This document shows, piece by piece, positions 39,891-49,715 of a stretch of DNA of 64,000 nucleotides. A program made the position numbers and the translations under genes. Source of the stretch: an uncultured Rikenellaceae bacterium. GTDB lineage: Bacteria; Bacteroidota; Bacteroidia; Bacteroidales; VadinHA17. Position 1 is the stretch's first letter. Every line of letters begins with the position of its first letter. The stretch is taken from positions 94,445 through 158,444 of the forward strand of contig CAZXGG010000001.1 in the NCBI GenBank assembly GCA_964640125.1, in the 5' to 3' direction. The notes under the pieces are model-generated. The model worked only from the letters and a program-made list of their open reading frames with translations. It did no database searches and was not told the DNA's origin.

Positions 39891-42800
39891 TTATTTAATT
39901 ACCACGGGGAAATCATGTCCCCGTGAGAACGTATAGGGGTATTGAGCCTGTCCCTTGTATATCTTTGAAAGGGCAGGCACCTGATCATCGAGAAACGATT
40001 TCAGTTCATAGATGGTGACCTTCCCGTCTTTTGGGGCTCCGTCAGCGCTGCCGTTCAATGCTTGCAGGATAACGTAGGTAAAAAGACCATGGCCAAGACT
40101 TCCCACTTCGGTTGCAAACTGTTCGCTACCGGCAGCGGCAAGCACATGGACCCCGGAACTTCGGGACATCTGTGCCAGTGCTTTCTCCTCCATGGCTCCC
40201 CGTTGGGCCAGAAGCTCGGTCGATCCACCCGATTGACAGGCATCGAGCACAACCAGTTGCTTTAATGCCTTGATGTTTTTGAATTTTTCCTGCATATCCC
40301 CGGCATAAATGGATCCCTTGATCAGTTTATCCATCTGATACAAGCTTACACTTTCGGTCGGAATAAAAAAGAATTTATTTTCCACCATGCTTCCGTGTCC
40401 GGCATAATAGAAGAAAAAAACATCCTCGGGATTGATTTTCACGGACAGGGTATCCAGCGCACTCAAAATATTTTCCCGGGTCGCTTCTTTATCATAAAGT
40501 TCGATTAGTTCGATTCGCTTGAACAGTTTTTGAGCACGCTCTCCAACAAGTTTTGCAAATGCCCGTGCATCTGCTTTTGCATAGTTTAGTTCAAGCTGGG
40601 GATTTTCATATTTATTGATCCCGATCGCGATGACGTAACAGATGGCGGTACTTTCCAGTCCTTTGTAATGGAGGATGATCTCTTCGGGCCGGGATTCAAT
40701 CCTTCCGTCGCTGAATGCCGATAGTGAAAGAATATTTTCTCCGGGGATGAGGCTAACCGTGTAGTTCTTCATGATCGACTGGCCTTCTCTCCCAGACCTT
40801 CCCAGGCCGCTGTTGTCAACGGGAAGGCTTTTCCCGTTATGCAACAGTTTTACCTCATTAATGCCCCCTCCCGTGTTGGTAATTTTTGCAAAGATTTTAA
40901 CGTCGCTGTTTTCCATTTCAGTACCGGATTTTGGGGTGATGATGGAAACAACGGGTGGGGGTGATTCTTCCAGTTTATTCAGGAGGTTGACGGGTTCTTC
41001 GATCAGCCCGCGGTTCCGGTATACTTCCTGCAGTAATCCGGGATGGTAAAACTCTTCAAAAAACTGATCGATGTTATACGTGGTGGTTCCCCTGACAAAG
41101 AAAATTGATTTTCTGGCTCCTTCCGAAGCATCGAAAAATCCCTCTTTTGTTTTGACCAACCAGTCCGATTCACCGAGAAAAATCTGGGTCAGTAATTCAG
41201 ATCCTGTTTCCAGGTCCCAGGTTTTAATGGTTCCGTCATGACTTCCGGTAATCAGGAATTTTCCATCCGGACTGATCTGCACTGAACTTACGGTGCCATT
41301 ATGGCCGGTAAAGGTCCGGATAACCTTTCCGGTTTCCGCATTCCATAATTTTGCCGTGTTATCATCACTTCCCGTAACAATGAATTTTCCGGTTTTATCA
41401 AAGTTCACGGCATGGATACGGGCGGAATGGCCCCTGAATTTTTGTACCTGTAACCCGGTGGCTATATCCCATAGCTTAACCATCCCGTCGAAACTTCCCG
41501 ACAGCATGTACTTCCCGTCGGGACTCATCCGAATGGTTGTTACGATCTGCGTATGCCCGATGAATTCCCGGATTTCTTCTCCGGTGTCGATTTCAAACAA
41601 CCTCAGTTTTTTAGGATTTTCACGGGTTGGAAGGACAGCTGAAACGACATATAATCCGTTTCGGGTAAAGCGGACGGCATACGGTGTTAAACTGGGAATG
41701 GATTGGACCAGGTCACCCGCTTCAAGATCCCATACCCGTGTTCTTCCGTCCCAGCTGCCTGTAGCCAGGGATGTACCATCTGAACTGAAAGCAACAGTAA
41801 AAACCGGGATGTTGGATGTGCGATCGGGAAGTGTATATAACAATTCTCCGGAAGAGACATTCCAGATGCGTGCCGTACCATCCACACTGCCGGTGGCCAG
41901 ATACTTCCCGTCCGGGCTGAAATCAAGGGAGATGACCATGCCTTCGTGTCCCCGGTAAGTCTGAACCACCCTGCCGGTTGAAAAATCCATCAGTTTAGCA
42001 TTGTTCCCGGTTTTCCCGACTGCGATGTATTGCCCATCCGGACTCAACCGGACTTCATTGATAAAGGCAATCCAGTACATATAACCGTCACTCAGAACGG
42101 CTTCATCCACATCATTTAAAAATCCTCTTAGGGTAGTGAAATTCTTCCCTGATGGGATTTCCCATATCGAGGCTGTCCTGTCTTCGCTTCCCGTAAGGAG
42201 AAAATTCCCGGCAGGAGATGGTTTCAGATCCGTAACATCCCTGAGGTGGCCCTCGATGGTCGTCACCGGCTTTCCGGTTCGTGCATTGAAGATGGTTACC
42301 ACCTTATAATAGGATGAGACGATGTACTTTCCATCCGGGGAATAATAAGCCCCACCCTCCCGGTTACTCCTGCCATCCATCGGCCTGATTTTTTTACCCG
42401 ACTCAATATTCCAGGTATGGATGGAATCGTAATTTGAGATGAATTCGGTTTCATCCGGGCTAAAACTGGCAGAAATAATGCATGAGGTACAGGAGGAGCG
42501 GTCACCCTTGAATTTTTTCATTTCCTTTCCCGACTGGAAATCAAAAAGGATTACGGTTCGATCATTGCTGCCAACCAGTAACCGGGTGCCGTCACGGCTG
42601 ATCTCTAACGAACCGGCTGACGGATAGGTGAAGTTTTTCTGCATGGTGATATCCTGAGGCTCCGGGATGAATCGCCTGATCTCCTTGCCGGTGGAAAGAT
42701 CCCAAAGGATGGCATGGTTCCGTTCTGTTCCTGTAATCAGGTTAGCTCCCGAGGTAAACGCAGCACAAAAAATATCATCATCGGGAAGTACGATTGTCCG

Positions 42801-43157
42801 GATCAGCCGGCTGGTTTCTGTCTCCCAAAGTTTAAGTGAATAATCCTGGTCCACGGAAGCAATGAGTTTTCCATCCAGGCTAAAGGATAACTGCCTGGAT
42901 TCCCCAACACTACCGAGGTATGAACGGATCTCCCGTCCGCTGGCAGCATGCCATAGCTTGATGGTCTTATCATTACTGCCTGTGGCAGCAAATTCCCCAT
43001 CCGGACTGTATGCAACAGCGGTTACTGCTGCATAGTGCCCGGTCTGTATAACGGTTTCTATAGTCTGTTCCTGTGCAGTGAGTCTTGCAGACTGCAGGAC
43101 AAAACATGCAGTGACACAAAGGAATGTAAGGGTAGATGAGGTTCTTTTCAAATCCAT
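39891..43157 (-). CDS. Exported WD40-repeat (about 14 blades) protein with C-terminal caspase/peptidase C14 domain
   Basis: Signal peptide MDLKRTSSTLTFLCVTACFVLQSARLTA. There are 14 units of the type SPDGK..ATGS.D.T.K.W. The last 252 aa (nt 39894-40649) carry the catalytic His in YYAGHG (codon 40395-40397) and Cys in LDACQSGG (codon 40236-40238). Confidence 0.9.
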   Translation of the reverse strand: MDLKRTSSTLTFLCVTACFVLQSARLTAQEQTIETVIQTGHYAAVTAVAYSPDGEFAATGSNDKTIKLWHAASGREIRSYLGSVGESRQLSFSLDGKLIASVDQDYSLKLWETETSRLIRTIVLPDDDIFCAAFTSGANLITGTERNHAILWDLSTGKEIRRFIPEPQDITMQKNFTYPSAGSLEISRDGTRLLVGSNDRTVILFDFQSGKEMKKFKGDRSSCTSCIISASFSPDETEFISNYDSIHTWNIESGKKIRPMDGRSNREGGAYYSPDGKYIVSSYYKVVTIFNARTGKPVTTIEGHLRDVTDLKPSPAGNFLLTGSEDRTASIWEIPSGKNFTTLRGFLNDVDEAVLSDGYMYWIAFINEVRLSPDGQYIAVGKTGNNAKLMDFSTGRVVQTYRGHEGMVISLDFSPDGKYLATGSVDGTARIWNVSSGELLYTLPDRTSNIPVFTVAFSSDGTSLATGSWDGRTRVWDLEAGDLVQSIPSLTPYAVRFTRNGLYVVSAVLPTRENPKKLRLFEIDTGEEIREFIGHTQIVTTIRMSPDGKYMLSGSFDGMVKLWDIATGLQVQKFRGHSARIHAVNFDKTGKFIVTGSDDNTAKLWNAETGKVIRTFTGHNGTVSSVQISPDGKFLITGSHDGTIKTWDLETGSELLTQIFLGESDWLVKTKEGFFDASEGARKSIFFVRGTTTYNIDQFFEEFYHPGLLQEVYRNRGLIEEPVNLLNKLEESPPPVVSIITPKSGTEMENSDVKIFAKITNTGGGINEVKLLHNGKSLPVDNSGLGRSGREGQSIMKNYTVSLIPGENILSLSAFSDGRIESRPEEIILHYKGLESTAICYVIAIGINKYENPQLELNYAKADARAFAKLVGERAQKLFKRIELIELYDKEATRENILSALDTLSVKINPEDVFFFYYAGHGSMVENKFFFIPTESVSLYQMDKLIKGSIYAGDMQEKFKNIKALKQLVVLDACQSGGSTELLAQRGAMEEKALAQMSRSSGVHVLAAAGSEQFATEVGSLGHGLFTYVILQALNGSADGAPKDGKVTIYELKSFLDDQVPALSKIYKGQAQYPYTFSRGHDFPVVIK

Positions 43158-43306
43158 GTTGCCGGATAGATGAGTTTTTTTGAAAAGTAAGAAAAATTTT
43201 TTAGGTTGTGAAACATGTTTTACTGAAAAGAAAAGGGTTGACTGATCTTTGTATAAAAAGTAAATTTAACCGTTAAACAAATGTTAAACCAAATACCACA
43301 ACCGAA

Positions 43307-44842
43307 ATGGATATAAAAGATCATTTTATCAGTGATATTCCACGGAGGAAATTTCTGGATCTAACCTTCAAGGGGAGTCTTGCCCTTGCTGCCACTCCGG
43401 CAATCCTGTCCAATCTTTGGTCCTGTAAATCCCTCTCTTCCGGACCGGCTGAAGCGCTGGACCAGGGATTGCTGAACAGAGTCATTCAAAAAGCCCTGGA
43501 AAAAGGGGGTGATTTTGCTGAAGTGTATGTTGAGAACAGGATTACCAGGAATATATCGATGGAAGAGTCGAAGTTTAAAAGCGGCACATTCGGGATCGTA
43601 AAGGGAGCCGGGGTGCGGGTCATTACCGGAGATAAAACCGGATATGCCTATACCGACGAGTTGTCGGAAGAAAAACTGATGCGGGCAGCCGAAGTTGCGT
43701 CGTATGTGGCCCGGGGAAGTCAGCAGGTTGCCCCGGTTGATATTCAGGAAGCCCATCGCGAATCGTTCATTACAGTAAAGATCCCCCTTCAGGATCTGGC
43801 CGATGAGAAACGGTTGGATGTGATGAAACGGGCCAACCAGGCGGCGCTTGACTACGATCCGAAAATAAAAATGGCAATCATCGATTACTATGATGAGGTG
43901 CGGGGAAGAACCATTGCCAATAGCGAAGGACTCTACCTGAACGATGAATTACCCCAGCTATTCTTTATCGTTCAGGCAATGGGTGTGGGTAACAATACAC
44001 GCCACATGGCCAGGGAACGGCTGGGTCATCACTGCGGTTTCGAGATGTTTGAAAAAATTACTCCGGAAGAAGTGGCACGCCGGGCAGCCAGAGAAGCCGT
44101 TGTGATGCTCGAAGCAGAAGATGCCCCGGCAGGAATGATGGATGTCGTGATGCAAAACGGCTGGGGTGGTGTGCTGGTTCATGAAGCCGTGGGTCATCCC
44201 CTCGAAGCCGATAATATTGCAAAAGAAGTGGGTGCATTTACCGGCAAACTGGGCCAGAAAGTAGCCAGTGATCTGTTTACCATGGTGGATGACGGTTCCA
44301 TACCCGATCAACGCGGTACCACAAACTTTGATGATGAAGGAACTCAGATGAAACGGAATGTGTTGATTGAAAAGGGTGTGCTGAAGAAATACATGACCGA
44401 TATCCTTTCCGGTAAACAGATTAACATGGAAAGAACCGGAAACGGACGCCGTGAGTCATTCCGGCATATCCCTATCCCAAGAATGACCAACACATTCATC
44501 GAGCAGGGAGAAAATACTCCCGAAGATATTCTCTCTTCAACCAAAGAGGGTCTTTATGTCCGGAGCCTGAGCGGTGGGAGCGTCAATCCGGTTACCGGAA
44601 TGTTCAACTTTACCTGCCGGGAAGCCTATCTCATCGAGAATGGAAAGAAAACCACACCGGTAAAAGGAGCTACACTGATCGGAAACTGCCTCGACGTAAT
44701 CTCCGGGATCGACGCGGTAGGCAATGACCTGGCATTCGGTCCCGGAATATGTGGTAAGGGACAAATGGCCGAAGTATCCGTCGGACAACCAACCGTGCGG
44801 ATCAGGGGAATTAATGTTGGTGGTAGCAGAACCAGATCGTAA
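43307..44842 (+). CDS. tldD: TldD family metalloprotease with twin-arginine (Tat) signal, possible lipoprotein
   Basis: N-terminus IPRRKFLDLTFKGSLALAATPAILSNLWSC. HExxxH motif VHEAVGHPLE at nt 44180-44197. C-terminal GxC..GQ region. Confidence 0.85.
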   Translation: MDIKDHFISDIPRRKFLDLTFKGSLALAATPAILSNLWSCKSLSSGPAEALDQGLLNRVIQKALEKGGDFAEVYVENRITRNISMEESKFKSGTFGIVKGAGVRVITGDKTGYAYTDELSEEKLMRAAEVASYVARGSQQVAPVDIQEAHRESFITVKIPLQDLADEKRLDVMKRANQAALDYDPKIKMAIIDYYDEVRGRTIANSEGLYLNDELPQLFFIVQAMGVGNNTRHMARERLGHHCGFEMFEKITPEEVARRAAREAVVMLEAEDAPAGMMDVVMQNGWGGVLVHEAVGHPLEADNIAKEVGAFTGKLGQKVASDLFTMVDDGSIPDQRGTTNFDDEGTQMKRNVLIEKGVLKKYMTDILSGKQINMERTGNGRRESFRHIPIPRMTNTFIEQGENTPEDILSSTKEGLYVRSLSGGSVNPVTGMFNFTCREAYLIENGKKTTPVKGATLIGNCLDVISGIDAVGNDLAFGPGICGKGQMAEVSVGQPTVRIRGINVGGSRTRS

Positions 44843-44862
44843 ATCTCAAAAAAATTGACATC

Positions 44863-46197
44863 ATGGATTACAAAATAACAGCAGAAAAATTAGTCAGCCA
44901 ATGCCTTCAAAAAGGCGCTGATGCTGCAGAAGTATACATTGAGTCAGGCAGGGAACTGAGCATTGAAGTACGGAACGGAGCGGTGGAAACCGTTCAGGAA
45001 GCAGCCTCACACGGGGTGGGTCTCAGGGTCTTCATTGAAGGGAAAATGGCATTTTCGCATTGCAACGATTTTTCGGATGAAGCCCTTGACCATGCAGTAT
45101 CCAGTGCAGTGAGTTTTGCTGCCAATACCACACCGGATGAAAACAACGTGTTGCCGGAAGATCAGCCCGATACAGCCGTGGAAGAACTCTATGACCCTTC
45201 CATTGCTGCCGTTGATATGGATACGAAAATTGACATGGCAAAAGAGGTGGAAGCCCTTGCAATGAAAGATGAACGAATAACCAAAAGTTCCGGGGCCGGA
45301 TTTGGTGAAGGAGATGGTGAAATCATTATCGGCAATTCCAACGGCATGCTGAAAAGCTATAAATCTTCCTTTTGCAACTATGGAGTGGGCGTTGTTGCCG
45401 AAAAAGGAGAACAAAAATCTACCGGATATGAATACTGTGGAAGACGATTCTTCGAAGACCTGGAAGAACCGCGAAAAATTGCCGAAGTGGCCGCAAGAAA
45501 AGCATACGAAATGCTCGACCCGCAAATGGTTAAAACCCAGAAGGCATCGGTGATATTCCATCCGGATGTGGCACGTTCTATTCTGGGCGGAATACTTGGT
45601 GCACTCAACGGGGAGAGAGTCCTTCAGGGAGCCAGCTTCCTGGCAGATAAGATAGACCAGAAATTTACTACCGAGCTGATGACCCTCATCGATGATGGGA
45701 CCATACCCCGGGGACCAGGCAGCAAACCATTCGATGGTGAAGGAGTGCCAACACAGAAACGAATACTGGTCGATAAGGGGGTGTTGAGAGGATTTTTATA
45801 CAACACAGCCGTGGCAAAAAGAGCCGGGATGAAAAGCACCGGAAATGCTTCACGGGGTGATTTTCGCAGCCTTCCCGGGATCGGCTTCCATAACCTATAT
45901 ATGGTAGCCGGAACAAATACCCCGGAGGAGATTATCAAAGCAACAAAAAAAGGACTGTTGCTGAAGGGCGTTACAGGATATGGAATCAATCCGGTGAATG
46001 GTCATTTCAGCGGCGGAGCTTCCGGTTTCTGGATAGAAAATGGCGAGATCGCTTTTCCGGTCAAAGGACTGACCATCGCCGGAAGCGCATTTGAGATGCT
46101 CAACGCGATCGATATGATTGGGAATGACCTCGACATGAACCGCAGCTTTACGGCCCCAACCTTCCGAATACTTGAAATGCAGATCGGAGGCACCTAA
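44863..46197 (+). CDS. pmbA: PmbA/TldE family protein (TldD partner), no signal peptide
   Basis: 444 aa, 20 nt downstream of tldD. TldD/PmbA fold motifs (GVGLRV, ...GNASRG...) are present, but no HExxxH. Confidence 0.8.
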   Translation: MDYKITAEKLVSQCLQKGADAAEVYIESGRELSIEVRNGAVETVQEAASHGVGLRVFIEGKMAFSHCNDFSDEALDHAVSSAVSFAANTTPDENNVLPEDQPDTAVEELYDPSIAAVDMDTKIDMAKEVEALAMKDERITKSSGAGFGEGDGEIIIGNSNGMLKSYKSSFCNYGVGVVAEKGEQKSTGYEYCGRRFFEDLEEPRKIAEVAARKAYEMLDPQMVKTQKASVIFHPDVARSILGGILGALNGERVLQGASFLADKIDQKFTTELMTLIDDGTIPRGPGSKPFDGEGVPTQKRILVDKGVLRGFLYNTAVAKRAGMKSTGNASRGDFRSLPGIGFHNLYMVAGTNTPEEIIKATKKGLLLKGVTGYGINPVNGHFSGGASGFWIENGEIAFPVKGLTIAGSAFEMLNAIDMIGNDLDMNRSFTAPTFRILEMQIGGT

Positions 46198-46541
46198 AAG
46201 AAGTTATTCGTTATTCGTGATCTGTTATAAGTTAATTGGTGCAGCATTCAGTGTACAGAGTAAAGAGTTTGGACCATTCGATAGTTAGACTTAAGTCGAA
46301 GAAACAATTAACCAATCACATTTAACCATTAACATCAAGCAACCATCAATTGCTGGTCAGTTGTAATAATCCGTATAGAATATTGTGCCCTGGACATACC
46401 TTTGCTGGATGTTATCAAGCGATTCTCATCACGCAAACAGAAAAGGTCATTCCAAAGATAAACGAAAGGAAGTCCTTGCCAAAGATTGCATTATGGCACT
46501 TCATCTGTAGTAAAAGTTTAGGATAAAAGGTATTGTACAAC

Positions 46542-49500
46542 TCACCCTCTTTTGCGCATCTTTGCCTTTTCAGACCAGTCGATGATCCTGCGCAGAAGAT
46601 CGTATATCAGGAAAAAATAGAAGAGTAGACTCCACAACCAGATGACGATAATGTTGAACCAGAACGTATCCATCGTTTTGTCACCAATGATTTTCACCGG
46701 GGCATAGAAATGAGCCCTTCCGGCTTTTGATATCGGATCCATGTATACGGGCATCGCCTTCCTGACCAGTTGATGGTCCAATTCCGGCAGGAACGGAATT
46801 TCGCCACGGTTCAGAAGCAATTCATTCAGCTTGTCATTCTCGTGTTTATCTTTTAGTCTGTTTAGCGCATCTTTACTTCCCATGGAATCAACCAGGTGAT
46901 TGTATTTTTCATCCTTGAACCGGGTTGCCTTCTCTCCCGTTTCCTGGTAGTATTCTTTGACCCCTAACAGGTAGGATTTGGTAAGGTCGAATAGTTCGCT
47001 GGAGTAGGTTTCAATAGTCAGATCCGCTATCCGCTCAAAGAGCGGGAATGATTGAAAATCATGCAATTTTTGAAGCTCATTCCGGACTACCTCAAGGTTG
47101 GAAATTGCCTTTTCCCGGTTCAGATTGTTCTGGATGTTCCGGTCAGCCTCATTCAATTTGGAGATTACTTCCGGAATAAGATCACGGGAATTAAAGAGAG
47201 CATTCTTTTCTTCTTTTTCAAGGTCAAAGAAATTGCGCTGGTATTTATTTTTTTTGAACTGTTCCACGGCAATGGCTTCATACGCCCATCGTGAGGTCAT
47301 CAGTTCGCCGATTGTTGGGACAAAAACCGGATTTCGGAATACGTTGTGCAACCTGTCGAATTTAACTATCACTCCGCTAAAGAGAAGCTGGGGAACCAGG
47401 ATGAATGGAATGATGATATAGATTGCTACCACTGAATTCAGACCGGAGGAGAGGTTCAATCCGATCATATTTGCCATGCAGGAGGCGGAAAAGAGAACCA
47501 TCCAGTAGGGGAAGGTCATCCCTTTGATTTCCAGAATAGTATTCCCGATCAGGACAAAACTGAAGGTTTGGATCGCCGAGATCAGGAAGAGGATCAGGAT
47601 TTTTGAATGCAGATAGCTGAGCCGGCTCAGGTGAAGGAATGATTCCCGTTTCAGGATTTTTTGATCCCGGATGATCTCTTCGGCACTCACAGTCAATCCC
47701 ATGAACAGGGCTACCACAACTGCCATGAAGATATAGGCGGGAAGGTTTTCATTTTCCCTGAACACATAAGATAGGGTACCTGAATGATCGCTGATGTATT
47801 TGGTAAAATAGCCGATGATCAGGGCAAGTAGGGGCGCTTCCAGGAAATTGATCAGCATGTATTGCCGGTTGGAAAGTTTAGACAAGACATTGCGGGTGAT
47901 GAAGATCCAGAACTGAGACAACGGGTTGGGTATACTAAAGATGCGTGGAGGCAAGGGGTTTTTTTGATGCTTTTCCTGTTCTTCTGATTCGAAGTTTTCC
48001 AGGTAAAGCTGATACCATTCTCTGGGGGAGACCTTTCTCTTTTCCACCAGTTTCCCGTATTCATCCACCTCACGTGCTTCAACAATCTGGAGGATCTGTT
48101 CTGGCACTACATTTCCGCAGGAAAGACATTGTCCCTCTGTTGCATTTACATAATTGCTGGCCGATTTAAAATAGACCAGTGCGTCAATGGGATTCCCCTT
48201 GTAGATGGGATATCCCCCTTTATCCAGGATTAGTATCCTATCAAACAGTTTAAAAATATCGGAATAGGGCTGGTGGATGTTGATGATGACCAGTTTCCCC
48301 TTGAGTGTTTGCTCTTTCAGGAGCAGCATTACCTTTTCTGAATCCAGGGAAGAGAGTCCTGAAGTGGGTTCATCCACAAACAATATGGAGGGCTCGCGGA
48401 TTAGTTCCAGTGCGATATTTAATCGTTTTCGCTGCCCCCCACTGATGAATTTATTCAGGGGTGATCCGACCTTCAGATTCCGGCTCTCATACAGTTCAAG
48501 ATCCTTCAGTATTTTGTTGATCCGTTTCAGTACTTCCGCTTTTGATAGCTTGCTGAAACAGAGCTTGGCATTATAATAAAGATTCTGGAACACGGTAAGT
48601 TCCTCTATGAGCAGATCATCCTGGGGAACAAATCCGATCATCCCCTCCAGTTTTTCTTTCTCCGCGTATAGATCGTACCCGTTAATCAGGATTCTTCCCC
48701 GCTGTGGCTGCATGTTACCATTCAAGATGTTCAGCAGGGTTGATTTGCCCACCCCGCTTCCTCCCAGAATCCCTATCAAATTACCTGACTCTTCGGTAAA
48801 TGAAAACCGGTGTATTCCATGATCACTCCTTTTGAACTTGAATTCTATATCCAGGGCTTGAAAAACAATCTTTTCATGATCCCTTTCGCGAAAAAAACAG
48901 TTCGAAACGTCACTGTAATAAATGGGCCTGATCTTCGGACTGGTAATGAGCGACCCCTGATCAAGCAAGTGGATCCTTTCCGGTGGGATATAATGCCCGT
49001 TTAAAAGCAGGGTGCTGCTTCCCAGGTAGCGGAAAATAAAGGTGTTGGTACTGGTATGATGAAGGATGATGATCATCCCGTCAAGGTCACTTTTTTGAAT
49101 ATGGTGGATCCCCTCCACCGGGGGATCCGGTGCTTTGCTGATAACAAGCAGCTTATCTTTTTGAATATCATGTGACAGGGGATCCAGGATGTAGCTTTTT
49201 GTATTGTGAAGCTCCGTTTCGGTTATGTTGAAGCAACGGGCAACCATCTTAATAAAACCCAGTTCACGATCTGTCATTACCTCATCTTCATTGATGAATT
49301 CAACGAGTCGCATAAAAACAATGAACTTCTCTCTCTGCAGGAGATTCTTGTTTATTTCGGTACAAAAAGAATGAATGCTGTCAGTATTTAGCGGATCTAT
49401 TCCGGCAGTTAATGCTGCTCCCTCTTTCACCAGCTGAGGATGATAGGTGGCAATATACTTCTCAAACAGGGTAATGTATTTGTTAATGAGCTGGGCACTC

Positions 49501-49619
49501 AGGTGTTGTTGAAGGTAAAAATGGACAATCTCTATTGCTCTGGATGAGAGACCATCTTTACTCACATTGGCAATCATAGCAAACAGCTGCAGTAAAGCAT
49601 TAAGAATGGATTCATTCAT
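46542..49619 (-). CDS. ABC transporter ATP-binding/permease fusion (ABCG/ABC-2 type) with TerB-like and FHA-like N-terminal modules
   Basis: Walker A GGSGVGKST, signature ISGGQRKR and Walker B ILFVDEPTSGLS. An ABC-2-type TM domain follows (aa about 585-750). A helical region of about 200 aa precedes a last TM helix (FWFNIIVIWLWSLLFYFFLIY) and a basic tail. Confidence 0.85.
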   Translation of the reverse strand: MNESILNALLQLFAMIANVSKDGLSSRAIEIVHFYLQQHLSAQLINKYITLFEKYIATYHPQLVKEGAALTAGIDPLNTDSIHSFCTEINKNLLQREKFIVFMRLVEFINEDEVMTDRELGFIKMVARCFNITETELHNTKSYILDPLSHDIQKDKLLVISKAPDPPVEGIHHIQKSDLDGMIIILHHTSTNTFIFRYLGSSTLLLNGHYIPPERIHLLDQGSLITSPKIRPIYYSDVSNCFFRERDHEKIVFQALDIEFKFKRSDHGIHRFSFTEESGNLIGILGGSGVGKSTLLNILNGNMQPQRGRILINGYDLYAEKEKLEGMIGFVPQDDLLIEELTVFQNLYYNAKLCFSKLSKAEVLKRINKILKDLELYESRNLKVGSPLNKFISGGQRKRLNIALELIREPSILFVDEPTSGLSSLDSEKVMLLLKEQTLKGKLVIINIHQPYSDIFKLFDRILILDKGGYPIYKGNPIDALVYFKSASNYVNATEGQCLSCGNVVPEQILQIVEAREVDEYGKLVEKRKVSPREWYQLYLENFESEEQEKHQKNPLPPRIFSIPNPLSQFWIFITRNVLSKLSNRQYMLINFLEAPLLALIIGYFTKYISDHSGTLSYVFRENENLPAYIFMAVVVALFMGLTVSAEEIIRDQKILKRESFLHLSRLSYLHSKILILFLISAIQTFSFVLIGNTILEIKGMTFPYWMVLFSASCMANMIGLNLSSGLNSVVAIYIIIPFILVPQLLFSGVIVKFDRLHNVFRNPVFVPTIGELMTSRWAYEAIAVEQFKKNKYQRNFFDLEKEEKNALFNSRDLIPEVISKLNEADRNIQNNLNREKAISNLEVVRNELQKLHDFQSFPLFERIADLTIETYSSELFDLTKSYLLGVKEYYQETGEKATRFKDEKYNHLVDSMGSKDALNRLKDKHENDKLNELLLNRGEIPFLPELDHQLVRKAMPVYMDPISKAGRAHFYAPVKIIGDKTMDTFWFNIIVIWLWSLLFYFFLIYDLLRRIIDWSEKAKMRKRG

Positions 49620-49660
49620 ATGGACTTACGTTATCAGAAAGGGGAATACTATGATCGGAT

Positions 49661-49701
49661 AAAAAGCAAAAAAAACCCTGTCAGGCTCAGGCATGACAGG
49701 G
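49661..49701 (-). terminator. Rho-independent terminator after the lipoprotein gene
   Basis: The minus strand reads CCCTGTCA-tgcctgagcc-TGACAGGG followed by TTTTTTTT. The 8-bp stem is perfect and starts 15 nt after the stop. Confidence 0.8.
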
Positions 49702-49715
49702 TAATCTATACGTGA

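Noticed and set aside
41293-41958. 221-aa plus-strand ORF inside the WD40-caspase gene, plus several shorter antisense ORFs between 40055 and 43015.
   Set aside because: It is antisense to a CDS with 14 regular WD40 units. Open antisense frames are expected from the repeat codon pattern. No start context, motif or independent signal was found.
45007-45561. 184-aa minus-strand ORF antisense to pmbA.
   Set aside because: The PmbA frame is strongly supported by family motifs. The antisense product is His/Phe/Gly-rich with no recognisable features.
46455-46541. 29-aa minus-strand mini-ORF (MKCHNAIFGKDFLSFIFGMTFSVCVMRIA) in the convergent gap, considered as a type I toxin-like peptide.
   Set aside because: No promoter box, no antisense RNA signature and no conservation evidence is available. 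It is indistinguishable from a chance ORF.
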